NCBI GenBank assembly: GCA_002633005.1
Contig: NMRA01000318.1
Location: 137,452-201,451, forward strand
Length of the DNA stretch: 64,000 nucleotides
Origin: Phoronis australis
Lineage: Eukaryota; Animalia; Phoronida
Reading direction: 5' to 3'
This document shows positions 49,962 to 62,400 of the stretch, piece after piece (positions within the stretch are counted from its first letter, which is position 1; each line of letters begins with the position of its first letter). Under the pieces are notes generated by a model that saw nothing but the letters and a program-made list of their open reading frames with translations, had not been told where the DNA came from and searched no databases. The translations under genes were made by a program, and so were the position numbers.

Positions 49962-51894
49962 TGAACCAACGAGCATTTCAGCTACTAGTTTCAAACCAGA
50001 CTCTGTTAGAATTCCAGTGGTAATTGCATTTGGTCTGGAGACTACATTGTGACCAATTCTTCCGGTCACCAGGTGGCGAAAGTAGCTAGTATGCGAGTCG
50101 TCTCACCAAGAACTTTCTAACAACCTGGAAACTGACAACATTTCGTGAATCCGTAAAATAGTTCTGCACAGAACAGTTTCAATGGAGATTGAAAGCCGTA
50201 AATTTTTTAATTGCGAATGCGCCATTAACAGGTGCTTCAAAAGTGTCGCTTGTCGCTTCGGTGGACGCACGTACTGTACGAAGAACATTATAAGGACGTT
50301 CTCATGTGGACAGTTAAACAGAATTTCGGTTTTGAAAAAATGGTATCCTAAAAGCATTTGAGCAACTTAGCAAAAATTACGTTAGTTTTTCGTGTTTGTC
50401 AGTTTTTTAATTAAGTTGCATTTGCGTAAATCACTATTACAATTCGTCATTCTTACTAAAGTGTGCTGTTCTTTGTACATGTTGAATTTCGTTCATTTGC
50501 TCTGCCAGAAAATCTGGTAGCAACAGGCGAGTGACGAATCACTTCGGCAATTATCTGGGAAACTACCGCGTGGAAAAAAGTCCTCGAAATTCTCTGTTAT
50601 TGGATAAATTTACTAGAGAGCTAAGTCGTGTAGCAGCAGAAACGAGTTGATTTTTTCAAAAGCTAAAATAGCTTCTTCGAATTGGTTTTCTTGCCCGACA
50701 TTTCAAAACATTGTCATGTTTTCGACTCAAAATAGCAGCGTGTGGAGATGACTCTGATCGGCAAGAAAATACAAGCAAGTGCTGGAGTTTACAAAAACCT
50801 CAAATTGAAATACGTGTTCCACCAAAACAGTTACATTAGTAGTAATATGCGATGTGCACGTGCTAAGACAAACTGACTTAAGATAGCAATGAAAGCGATG
50901 TGATCAATTTTCTCTTAGAAACAACGCGTGCGTTCTATTCCAAGTGGATTTATGGCAACCCGCCTACAAGCACATCAGTTGGTGGCCGCTTACTATGATT
51001 ATACTTGACACGCCTGGATAGAAATAATAGGAATTTCCGGTAACTTCTGAATGATTAATTGCCATTACAAAAAACAATATGTCTCTTACGAGAATACGAC
51101 GACTGCCAAAGAACGAAAGAGAATCATTGGTCAGACTACACTTATCCAGGAATAGACCTAAGCACCAGCTTAACACCGCCGGCTTTTGTACAAAAAATAC
51201 TTTTCGCGCGGATGGGTCCCACAACCAGTTTCTCCACTGAATCAAACTGGTTGTCAAAAGGCGGAACCTTTGTAAGTGACTGTGCCAGGAAATATATACT
51301 TGTGCTCACATCTAGATATGCAAGCTATCTGCAACTTTAATATTTACATCAGTGTAGGGAGAGGAAATCAACATTCGGAGGTAGAGGTGAGTCGACAAAA
51401 TTGTATGTTTTGCATGCTTTTTGAAATATCTATTACTGTAGACAGTACCAATCGTTCTTCTTAATAAGAAGATCATGTCTAAAACCCGTGTCTTATTATT
51501 GCTGCAGAGATCTAATACTCATATCAGTGGGCTTATCTGTTCGATAAATTCCGAAATAACTTCGTCCTCGTAGGAACAAATGAGATGCCTACGAAAACCA
51601 ACCACGTCTGGTGGACAGCGTCGCATTTATGTAGTAGAGTCACGGACGTTTTAGCTGAAAAATGACCTATCACATCATGCCAATGTATTAACTTTGCCAT
51701 TGAGCGTTGTTTAGGTAATGTGACAATTACTTTGGCACACCAATTTTGCACGGCTAGTGCCGAATGTTTTGATTAAATTTTGTAATCCTTACAAGAACTC
51801 AAACTCGTGAAGGAAGAACAGTTAGCCCTTCGGTCGTCTATTACCTTTATAGTCCTGTGCACTACCTAGAAAACGAGGCCATTTGGTCAGATAT

Positions 51895-52053
51895 TAGTGG
51901 CGGATTTATAGGGGAGCCAAGGGGGCCATGGTCCCCCGTAAAATTCTCCCAGATTCCATTAGTCAGTTCGGGGGTGCGAGTGTCTGACGGACAAAATCCT
52001 GGCTAATAGTCTGACCAGGCCCCCCCTAACTCAAAATCCTGCATCCGCCCGTG
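51895..52053 (+). mobile_element. GGCGGAT-type MITE, full length
   Basis: TIR TAGTGGCGGAT / ATCCGCCCGTG, with GATAT on both flanks. Confidence 0.72.
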
Positions 52054-52247
52054 GATATATACCGTACTAACCCAGTAAACATGACAGTATTGGCCCAGTA
52101 CTGGATTTCTGTTGCTTGATAACGCTTGTACCGTATACCGGTTTACGTTTCTGGGCCACGAATGGCGCAGTACCGTCCCCACGACACAAACCCAGTGAAC
52201 TTTCCCTTAGCGGCTCGCCGGTATTGGACCGGTAAACACAGACTTGN

Positions 52248-52933
52248 CCAGCGCAAGTATGTGTGTAAACGGGACTGAACTGGAGCAAATTGACACCGCG
52301 GTGACAACTTTTGCCACCCGTTTGTGAGGTAGAACAATTTGCGCTAGAACATCTTGCTCCGTGTCAATTGCAGTTTATGTGTCTAAACGCGAAACTGGGG
52401 CAAGGCGGAAAGGATCATCTCTACTGCGCTTGTGTAATGACCTAAATACACTCGCTGTATCTTCAACTCCCGTCATTTGTAAACCTGCGCATGTGTGATC
52501 CACTCTCCAGCCTACAATTTCCGTCTTGCCACTGTTAGTGAGTTGTGTGCGTAAACGGACGTTTGACACCGATCAATTTGCTCCGTGTCAATTGCGCCGG
52601 TTCAAAAGTTCCCGTTTAGACATCAACTTTTGGCCCGGCTTAAATTGATCGGGAGTTACAGAGACAGAGAACTCGGCGTATGTAGGTCATTGCACAAGCG
52701 CAGTAGAGATGATCCGTTCCGCCTTTACTTGCCCCAGTTTCGCATTTAGGTATATAATTGACACGGAGCAAGATGATCTAGCGCAAATTGCCCTACCTAA
52801 CAAACCAGTGGCAAAAGTTGTCACCGCGGTGTCAATTTGCTCCAGGTCAGTTCTGTTTACTCACATATACTCGCGCTAGAACATCTCGTTCCATGTCAGC
52901 TGATCGGTGTCAGCTTTTGTAGTGTAAACGGCA
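52248..52933. mobile_element. Palindromic MITE (GTGTAAACGG-type terminus, possibly PIF/Harbinger-like)
   Basis: Arms ~52248-52450 and ~52680-52880 are inverted; internal TTGCTCCGTGTCAATT repeats; n at 52247. Confidence 0.75.
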
Positions 52934-54199
52934 CAAGAAGAAAACGCACGCTATCACTACAAGGCCTAATTCAGTCTAATTAGCATATTTCACTACTTGG
53001 CGTTTAAACAGTAAGTGGACAAGAAGTAAGGGCTTTTGCGAGTTTCTTCTTTTAGTCCGTATGCCATTTTGAGTTCTTGCAATGAAAAAAGGCACAAGTC
53101 GGAGTTCCTCGAACAAGAACAATGTTCCCTTTGACATCGTGAGCCGACTGATGAGCGTATAGTCGTCAACGGAATGCTAAGGGTGTACTGGCTGTTTTTA
53201 AACATGGCTTGACTAAATGATCAGGACCTATCTGAGTATGACTTCAGGAACACACGAACAGACTTAATATGGACACATTTTGAAACTGGACAGACTGAGC
53301 AGAATGTTGGAAAATAGAGAAGGTTACCCATAATCCGGCTTGATGGATGCCGTATCAAGGCAAGTTTTTAGTTGGTTTTGCGATTTAACTCCCAGTCAGC
53401 GTTTTTGATGTCTTTTTCCGCGTTGTTGTTCATTCTGAAATGTTCGAAGACTTTGGGCAAACTACTACTGATGCGATATGATCTAACGTGATTGATTATT
53501 CACGAATTAAAGAACAGAAATTAATGTACTGGAGAGCATTAAAACAACTGTGCTGAGCCGTGGCTCTGGAGCCTGATCGATATCCTTCAACTGAAGCTCA
53601 AAGAACCAATTCAAACTGAATTAGATGTATTCCACAATGTTTCGATTTATCAAGAAATCACTGACGCACCTGATTACGAAACCAAACAAAGTGCGAGGAA
53701 AAAACCAAGTTGTTGACTTTCATAGAAGTGTCCTCAGTCTCCCAGAGTTTCGTATCAGCTGTTGATTGACTTGACGCTTGCATAATGTAGTCTGGCTAGA
53801 GAATTGTAACTTGTAGCTAGCTTGCGTGCATATCTAAAACTGCGCCGACTCCGCTTAGGTCTACTAGTGCGGTGATTGTATGACAGCCCGGGATTCTTTT
53901 TTCTACCGTCCCAACTCAAGTTTTTATCACGGTCGATGTCGCCTCTATTTTTATCGACGGAGTTACTTTCTCTGTCGATATGGTTAACTCTGTCGATAGT
54001 GTTCGTAATGCTATCACTGTCGATAACCATCCCATCGTTAGAGATACTTAATCGCTATTGAAATACTTATTAACCCAACGATAAAGTTAGTCATCCTCTA
54101 TCTGTAGAGAAAACACTTAAGTCGGTTAACTTAGCAAGTCTGTCGGAAGAAATACTAAATCTGTCTATGGAGATTGTAAGTATAGATATAGTTGCTATT

Positions 54200-54455
54200 C
54201 ATGCGCGCATCCACGGAGGGCTCGGGGGTCTCAAACGACAAAAAGTCCGGAAAAGTAGAAAACGAGACAAAAGTCCACTAAAAAGGCAGGAATTCGGCGA
54301 ATGCACAATTCATAGCTCTGAGCGTACCCGTTTTTTCTGTTTTTTTTTTCTTATTCTTTCTTTTCTTTTCTTTGTTTTTCTTTTTTTTTTCTTAGTAAAA
54401 GGTCCATATCCTCAAAAATTCGAGCCCCCCTATTTTTAGGCTGGGTGCGCGCATG
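54200..54455 (-). mobile_element. Full-length ~250-bp MITE with TIRs and 5-bp TSD
   Basis: TIR CATGCGCGCA.CCA / TGGGTGCGCGCATG, flanked by CTATT on both sides. Confidence 0.8.
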
Positions 54456-54487
54456 CTATTTCTATCGACAGAGTTACTATGTCTACC

Positions 54488-54726
54488 GAGGAGGTAGTGT
54501 GGCCTGGTTGATAAGTGCCCGCTTTCTTTACTCGAGGACGTGGGTTCAAGTCCCACCAGGACACACTGCTAAACCCTTGAGCCTGGTTTCTAGCTCCTCA
54601 GCTCGGTTTCAACCATATATCAATAAAGCATAAAAACATTTCCTTTTTTTCAGTGCAATGGGCCCACAGGCGAGGCCTGCGCACGTCTGGTACAACGTGT
54701 ATCAGACCGCCTGCAATTATTTTTTT
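54488..54726 (+). mobile_element. tRNA-derived SINE with 14-bp TSD
   Basis: A-box TGGCCTGGTTG, B-box GGTTCAAGTCCC; TTACTATGTCTACC at 54474-54487 and 54727-54740. Confidence 0.82.
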
Positions 54727-57700
54727 TTACTATGTCTACCAATAGGAATAATGATTCTACTGACTGAGTTATGAGTTGAGAAAAATCCTGTAGTTTCCTT
54801 TTCCAACCACCTTAGTCTCGAGACTTGTTCCAGGTTTCAGTTTTTATGGATAGGAGTACACAGTTTTGACATTGGATTGTTCAATGATGATAAGTTAATA
54901 CAGCTATAAACCTGCATTCCGTCCAGAAATTCAACTTTTGTTTTACTCACTTACTGCTAAATAGTTAGTCTCAACTAGTTCTTACTAAAATGAAAAGTTA
55001 TTTCCGGGTTTACATAGAATATTGACAGTTCATTATTACTCGAGAACATGCTGGTCGCATAAAATGACATACAGTTGACAAGCCAATTTGTAGTCTAATC
55101 TCAAGCAGTAACGAACAGCCAGTTCTTTCGAAGCTCTGGATTCACATACAAGTTGACTAAGCAGCAATGAAACTAGTTTCATAACGGGAAGCAATATAAA
55201 TCAGAAATAGATTTTCTTGAAAGAAGGCGGTATTATTGCCGATTTAAGCCTCGGTCACATGAGTAACATCACGAGAGGTTGCGAGCACTGTGTGAACAGA
55301 TTTTCATCGTCTCGAACGGTTTTTTTGAAAATACGAGTCCATCATTCATAGACGGCACTCACCACTGAGTTCGTAAGCAGGTTGTCGGTCTTGTCCAAGC
55401 CAGTCTTTACTAACGAGTCACACCAGGGGTCAGAATTGTCCGCAACGTCGCGTAAGTTGAGAGTCCCGCCATTTTTTTTTTCTCAATCTGTTCGTTTTGA
55501 CTCTGATGATTTGGTGATCGGTTGCCTTGCATTGTTAATGTTTCGTCTCCTCTGATAAAGTTTTGAGTTAAAACGATGCGTTTGGACGTGCGAGTACATT
55601 GTAGATAAGACATCGATTACTGCAACAGCATTTACTTTCTATCTTACTTTCATTACGGCCTAGCTGAAACGGGATTGTCGAAAGTTACATAACGTACATA
55701 ACGGACTGTTCACAGTTCGGTAGTTCTCTGTTTCATAAAGAGGGCTTTAGCTCGATATGTTAAAGGTGTATTTCATTACCTTTTACGATCTAAACGTTGA
55801 AATTACGAAATTGAATGCATAAATCTGACAAATTTGCGACGATATGTTACTAATTTTTCGATGTAAAAACTAACCGTAACAAGGTAGCAACATCAAATCT
55901 CCCGCGGCAACCCCTCGCTTAATTTTAAGTGGTTGTTGCCTTTTGGAGGATTTGTGACATTATCTTTCGAAATATCAATGTGTGGCCTACGTTTGTGACA
56001 TTCACTGCGGTAATCATGTAATCTGTCTCCTCAGCGCCGGCGTTCCAGACTGTGGAGTGTAATGACGGTGTACCTGCACTATGGTCATGTACACCGCTTT
56101 ATTTCTTGTTTCTACATACCTTTTTACCATGTTTCATTATCTGTTTGAAAATCAACAGGATCTAAAATTGAAGATGCATGTTTTTGTAGATTCAATATTT
56201 CTGTTATGCAATTAAGCTCATCAACATGAAAATTAATGTACATATTGTGAAAATTTAGTACTCTTTACTAGCACATATGTGAGGAGAGTATATGTTAAAC
56301 GCGGATCGATGTTAGATGAGCAACCAGAAACTGTTGGAGTATTTAACATTTATGAAATTAAGTTGTTCGTGGACGTCGCGGATCGCTACCTAGTCGTTGA
56401 AACTACGCCCGAGGGATTTGGTTATTAACGAAGGCGTTCACTGTTAGATTTCTATGACAAAATTTGACCAGACACGAAATTATTTTCGGCAGTTTAAATG
56501 AAAACGATAACAATTAGTGTGTTTTAAATTGGAACATCTAAATGTAAATAGTTACTAATTGTGATTACAGACTTTGTTTGGGGTTTCTTGTTTTCGAATA
56601 GGCTAGTATAGAAGAATGAAGGTCTAGCAAGCATTGTGTTTACATACCGTTATACGGTAGCCATCGGTTACTGAAAATAAAAATCACACGTGCGTGTCTG
56701 AGTAAGGGCTTTTCGAATATTTTGAAATTAAATAATAACTTTCCTCTCTGCTTATTTTGAACTCGGTAATAGACTATCACTGAAATTCCATACATTGAAA
56801 AAGTCTATAGGGACTGCAACAGCAAAAGTTTCAAATATTTTGACTTTTGCCTCCCACCGTTATTGTTATGCAATATTAACCTAACACGTATATGTAGGGG
56901 CAGGGGGGAAAGCTGGTCATCGCATCGAATTATCAGAAACGAATCTCCGTGTCCTTAATAATATGCAAACTGCTTCTTTCTAATGCAGGGCTTGGATTTG
57001 ACAACCGAAGGGAATTGCAAAAAGAACTAGTTGATAGCTCAGCTAAGTTCCATAGACGCAAAAAATTTCGCGAAGGAAGCTACAGTGAGATCACGTGCTT
57101 CGCTTGTAATGCGCGACGATATCTCACGAACTATATTGCGTTTTGCGTCAACGGAACGCACGTCAGGAGTGATGAAATAGCAACTGGGGATGAATTTGCT
57201 TATGAAGTGATGAAATGAAGTCCCGGGGATACTTACCGAGGTACCACATACAGTACGTGCCTCTCAGATGGGTAGCTTTTTCATGACCAGGTTCGACGAA
57301 CGGGTATCTTTTCTAACACTGTAAAGGCAAAAAACTATACACAGACGGGTTTTATACATTGTGTAAAAACATATCCCAAATGATTGTTTATTCCAGTTTA
57401 ACTCAACAAATGTAGGGTTAACAACTCTGCAAAAGAATTATGCTATAGGCACAAATCAAAGCGTCTTCAAAGCTCAAAATAACTCGGCCCTTTTCAGTCG
57501 TGCTACGACGAGCTAATGACCGTTTTGACGGCTAAAGAAGTATTATTCCAATGCCGTATATCCAATTATTGTTATTGTAATAAATACGAGAATTGAATTA
57601 TACGTTGTACAACGTAGCTAATGAGAGCCCCGGGAATGAATGTCTAATCAACAAACGAGGAAAGTGAAATGTGCTGCCGTGACATGTGTCTGTTATTGGC

Positions 57701-58031
57701 ACACCGTATTTGCGTGGTGAGATTAGAAGTTCTACAGCTTCGACAGTGCTAATGGTTAACTCTTGTCTCTGCTGCTTTTTGTAAGTAGGACATTTTTCTG
57801 CTTAATGCAATCAAGCGATTATTGATCACCGATACAGAAGTATTCCGTGTGTTTGTTATAAAATAAACTGATGAGATTACCAGTGATTTTCGGAATGATC
57901 CGCAGTGAACTGCACCCCGACAGAAGACGGTTGTGAGCTTCGTCTCGAGTTTCAAGCAAAACCCATTTTTTGTCTTTCACGTGAAATAGCATAACTTGCA
58001 CCCGTTAAAAGTGCACTGAATAGCTGCAATT

Positions 58032-58187
58032 CAGTGCTGTAGTGGTAAAATTTGGGGTAAGTACGTGCCTAAAGCCTACCGTATCACCTTGAGCACTGAA
58101 CGTAACTTACGGTGCGTAGGCGCTACGTTCAAATGCCAAAAGGTGGTTGGCTGCGCCTACGTGCGCCTACGCCCCACTTCAGCACTG
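58032..58187. mobile_element. hAT-type MITE with 8-bp TSD
   Basis: TIR CAGTGCTGTAGTGG / CCACTTCAGCACTG; CTGCAATT at 58024-58031 and 58188-58195. Confidence 0.85.
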
Positions 58188-59057
58188 CTGCAATTGCTCT
58201 TCGTGGAGCTATTTTTGATGGTCACGAAGGACGTAAGATGAGTTTATGGAATATTTTACATTCCTGCATTTAAGATTTTTACTAATGTCATTTTCATTAA
58301 TACGCACTTGAATCAACTGATGACAAATCTTCACTTTATGAGCCAGCTAAGTCATGACGTAGTTCATTAGTGTAGTAGCACACACAGAATGTTTAATACT
58401 AGAAAAATTGTTTAGTTCAATGTGATTAAAGCCGAATTTGTGATTAGTTTGCTTAAACCTATAATCTCCAAGTCTCAGCCATAGGGACCATATTCCCCGG
58501 TCATTAACTGGATTACATTTCTGATACTTTTCTGTTTTTCAATTACCAGTAATCGTACGCCAATGGATTTTCTACCTCCTAAGCGACAAACATCTTGCAG
58601 AAAACATGTCAATAAGTTGGATGTGTTGACGAGTTGATGAATTAATTATACACAAGGGCCATCGAATGAATTCTCATTGCTTGCAAAGATATCAATCCAC
58701 AGAGGTTTAGGTTACGGACGGGTTTGAACTCACACGTTTCGGAGATTTCCACAAATCATTCGAGCATTGTCTCATATGTAATGGAATCTGTCAATTTTAG
58801 AAAAAAATCTTGATGGATTTCACCAAAGTCCTGACACTGCACATTATTTCATTTGCGCTTTCATTTGTTTTCATTTCAGATGCAAGCATATATGAATCTC
58901 CAAACTCGTGCTTAAATGAAGAGTTTACTGGACTTCACTGATGCGTAAGCTACGTCTTATCACGACCGGGTGAGCTTCGTGATTAGCTCGTGCTGAATGA
59001 CTACTTAGGCGACATAATAATTACTAACGGCAGACGAGTTCTACAGAAACTTTAACG

Positions 59058-59498
59058 ATGGTTCAACTGTTTTATTACGAAAATCGTGGCAAGAATTTCC
59101 GCAAGTTTTTTAAACACGAAGGATACTCTATGAAGATTATACTATTCCCTTACGAAGGTCTCGCACAGCCTGCAGTCAGAACGTCTTGGTCGGTGAAGTA
59201 CCCCTGGTGGCGTAGGAATATATGTAAGATAACGGAGGTGATAGGGTCGAAGAAAGTGTCGTCCAATGCTAAAATGTACGACCGTGGTCACGGATCGTTA
59301 TGCATCAGAGGACGCTTCAAGGATCGGGTACTCTCGAAAGACTATGCTTCAGAATTTGTGCTAAGCTTGTCCACCGATGTCTCCAATCAAGATTTTGAAT
59401 TGGGATATTGTATGACGGGAACGTTAGAACGCCAAAATCGCACCACTGGAAAACTGGAACTAACCCACTTTGCAATGATAAAGAGGAAAGGGTACTAA
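59058..59498 (+). CDS. Uncharacterised 146-aa single-exon protein
   Basis: Longest ORF not explained by the three genes. Good start context (ACGATGG), upstream in-frame stop, complex globular-looking sequence and a strong splice acceptor 178 nt upstream (tttcatttcag ending 58879). No family recognised. Confidence 0.6.
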   Translation: MVQLFYYENRGKNFRKFFKHEGYSMKIILFPYEGLAQPAVRTSWSVKYPWWRRNICKITEVIGSKKVSSNAKMYDRGHGSLCIRGRFKDRVLSKDYASEFVLSLSTDVSNQDFELGYCMTGTLERQNRTTGKLELTHFAMIKRKGY

Positions 59499-62400
59499 GA
59501 CAATGTCAAAAGCTTGTTAGGAAAAGAAAGTATGATTTGCCTCCATTTGTCGATGGAGTGTCGGCCGCAGGTTAAGACCAGAGCACACGATAATATTTTT
59601 GATTGGGATTTCTGACCATTTTTTGTTGGCGACAATAAATTGTTGCGCACACGGAACTGTTTTTGTCGTGACCGAGGCGCTTCGTAGCGGCTTCGTGCAT
59701 CGTTATCGAAATTATCAACATGTCATAAACAACAATTTGTCTTTCAGTGTGAAGTTGTGATGGCAAAAGATTCACGTTCGCTTAAATGGCTGCCGAGAAC
59801 ACCACTAAATGTTAGCACTAGACCCGCTGCTGAGGATACACAGAGAGAAGTGTAGCTTTAAATAAGGGGTTCATAATTGACAGTTAATGCTATGAGACAC
59901 CTGAATCACAGTCATGAGTCGTGAAAAGTAGTAGCACTCAGTGGTTTCTCATTAGCCCTATATGTATCTACTGTGTATCTACTAAAATATTGTTAGTGAA
60001 CCTCGTTTGTCAGCTTGCTTAAACATTATTACTACTAGGATCAAGAACGTCATATTACGGCATGTTCAGCTCAGACTCTAACTCGCTGCCACGCTCCAGC
60101 TTATGTATTTTTGTCGTATCTGAAATTATATTTGTTGATTTCAACTTCCGTTACGAGACAACAAAGCGTTACAAGACGTCTTTCGATAAAAAAAATATTT
60201 TGTATTCCCACAGGTCCTTGAACCTTTCTGTTCCTCGTTTCCACCACTTGCACCCGAACACTGTGTAATAAACCATAAAGGTTGGGCACTAAAAATCGAT
60301 CTACTCAGAATTTCCTTCTCAAGTATTCATGGAACTCTACGAAATCCGTATCGAACATATGTTTGAATATTTTTCGTCACTTGATCACATCAAATTGTCT
60401 TCGAGTGGTGACTAAGTGGCCACAAAAATCTCAAAAGAAACATCAAGCTCACAAATTCAGTGAAGCCATTTTGTGATTTCATGGCAGACAATCTTTGCGT
60501 ACATCCGGGTTTTTGACAGATGCTTCCGAAGTAATTCCGAAAGTTAGTGTCCGCAAATCTCTTTCCACGCACAAACTAAACAAAGATTATGTCAGATATC
60601 GTTTTGAAATCGCCTATCAGTGCTACACAAACATTTGTGCCTAAACACAAAAACATAATCGTTTCTTTGTTTTACTGCCGAAAAGAAGTTACCGTCTGCG
60701 CGTGTAATACTGGATAGATTTCCGTAATAACGTTAGGACCTATGCTCTAGAACTTCGATAAAAAGCAAGACTTCGAGAGATTATGTGAGACTTTGCTCTT
60801 TTCTTTAAATGAGAACATGTGACTTTGACTAGATTTTCTAGCCCCGAGACAACTACTAAACTCTACCCTGACTGATTTCAGTCGCACGGCTTGCGTTTAT
60901 GGCACTTCCGAGAGGCGATTTCCCGCGATAATGAACGTGCAGCATATGCGCTGACGAATGACTTCGGGGTGTGACGTAGGTCACATAAAGTGCCTCTTGA
61001 CTGAAAGGTTTGGACGCTTGGCTCTGACTCGTTGAAGTCTCGGTGTCGGCAAAACTATCTACATATACATCTGACTTAAAGCTGACGCAAAAGTTATGTC
61101 CGCCATCGACAAAATAGCGGCCTTGACTTGAGAGTTTTGCGACGATGAATGCATCGGAGCTGTACGTACTACCAACCTGCCGAAGGCATACACGAAGATT
61201 TTAGTTGGAGGTGAGACGGTTTAAATCCAGGGTTCTGACTCTGCAAAATTGACGGTGTCCTACCTCTGTGTGTTTTTTGTGTGGTTGAGTCATTGGATGC
61301 TGCGTGTGCCTTTGCATATTATCTGAAAACTAGCGATTTTTTCTTCAAACTTTCTTGAATCGGCATTCCCGAAGCGATCTTACACCGGTGATAAAAATAG
61401 TATCGTGAGTTCTGGCTTTTAAAGAGGGCTACTAAACTGCTTCTACTTCAAGTAAAAATAAGCCACGCAACTAATTAGACGACTTCATTGGTTGTTCTCA
61501 GTCTGGACAAAAGTGCAACCGGTGTATTGATCTAAGAATTCTCTAAATGAAGGGTTATGTCGTCATCTACAATGAATTTACATTAGTTCTTAACTTGTGA
61601 TTTGTATTGATTTCTCACTAAAAGATTTTGTGGTTCCCGAATGTTAGATAATAATTCTTCAAAGTGTAATCAAAATGAGGGGCAAGGTAGCCTTGGTGCA
61701 AAGCTGTATTAATATACGTTAGTCTTCATACAGTTTGCTGGCTGGCTAAGGGCAAGGTGGAGTTTGGATTTTGAAAGTTGCGTGAACTATTGCTACATTA
61801 AGTGGCGAAAGATATGGGGTATATTGTTATGTTATCTCCGAATTATTATCGAATTGTCCACCAAGAGATGAAAAGGTTAAAGACGAAGACGCCAGGCTAG
61901 GATGATAAAAAGTTTCATGACGTTTTTCAAAAGCTTTAATTTGTCGAACATAAACTTTTGTTTCTGATTCCCGATTAGTGACTCGGGACCGGAAGTTGGG
62001 AAATTGTGGTTGCACTACATTATTTGCTTTGATCTTTTTCAAGATGACCAGTTTCGCCTGGTTCAGAGCAGAGGGGTTAGTTAAGCTTCGACGAATGCGG
62101 GAAGTAAGTGAATTAGTAGCTTACAGAAACAAGCTGGTAAGACGGGGTTTCAGAAGTTTTGTGTCTTGCCTTTAGTTACTTCGACTGATAAATATTTGTC
62201 AAGTTAAGCATTAGACACTCGTTTAACCTACGTTTTGTTCTCAGCCGGATTGAAAGCATACGTAATCACCAATATGAAGATATTGTAAAACAAACTAACG
62301 TTTATTTTATATGAAATGTTGGAGTTACTGGGCGAGTAAGCTATTATAGGTAGTAGCAAACTTTATTAGAATTTCCCAAGCAGCCAATATGAATTCATAA

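Larger units (their letters stand above)
53886..54790. mobile_element. MITE with internal CTCTGTCGATA repeats, hosting two nested insertions
   Basis: Repeated (A)CTCTGTCGATAG and its inverse CTATCGACAGAG on both sides of the inserts; loose terminal inverted similarity GGATT..TTTCT..CAACTC / GAGTTGAGAAAAATCC. Confidence 0.55.

Noticed and set aside
56949-57218. 89-aa ORF with an internal acceptor at ~56988
   Set aside because: No recognisable similarity and no clear donor; insufficient support to call it coding.
57228-57245. U1 snRNA-like ATACTTACC
   Set aside because: The match stops after 9 nt and lies at the CCCGGGG end of a probable DNA-element remnant.
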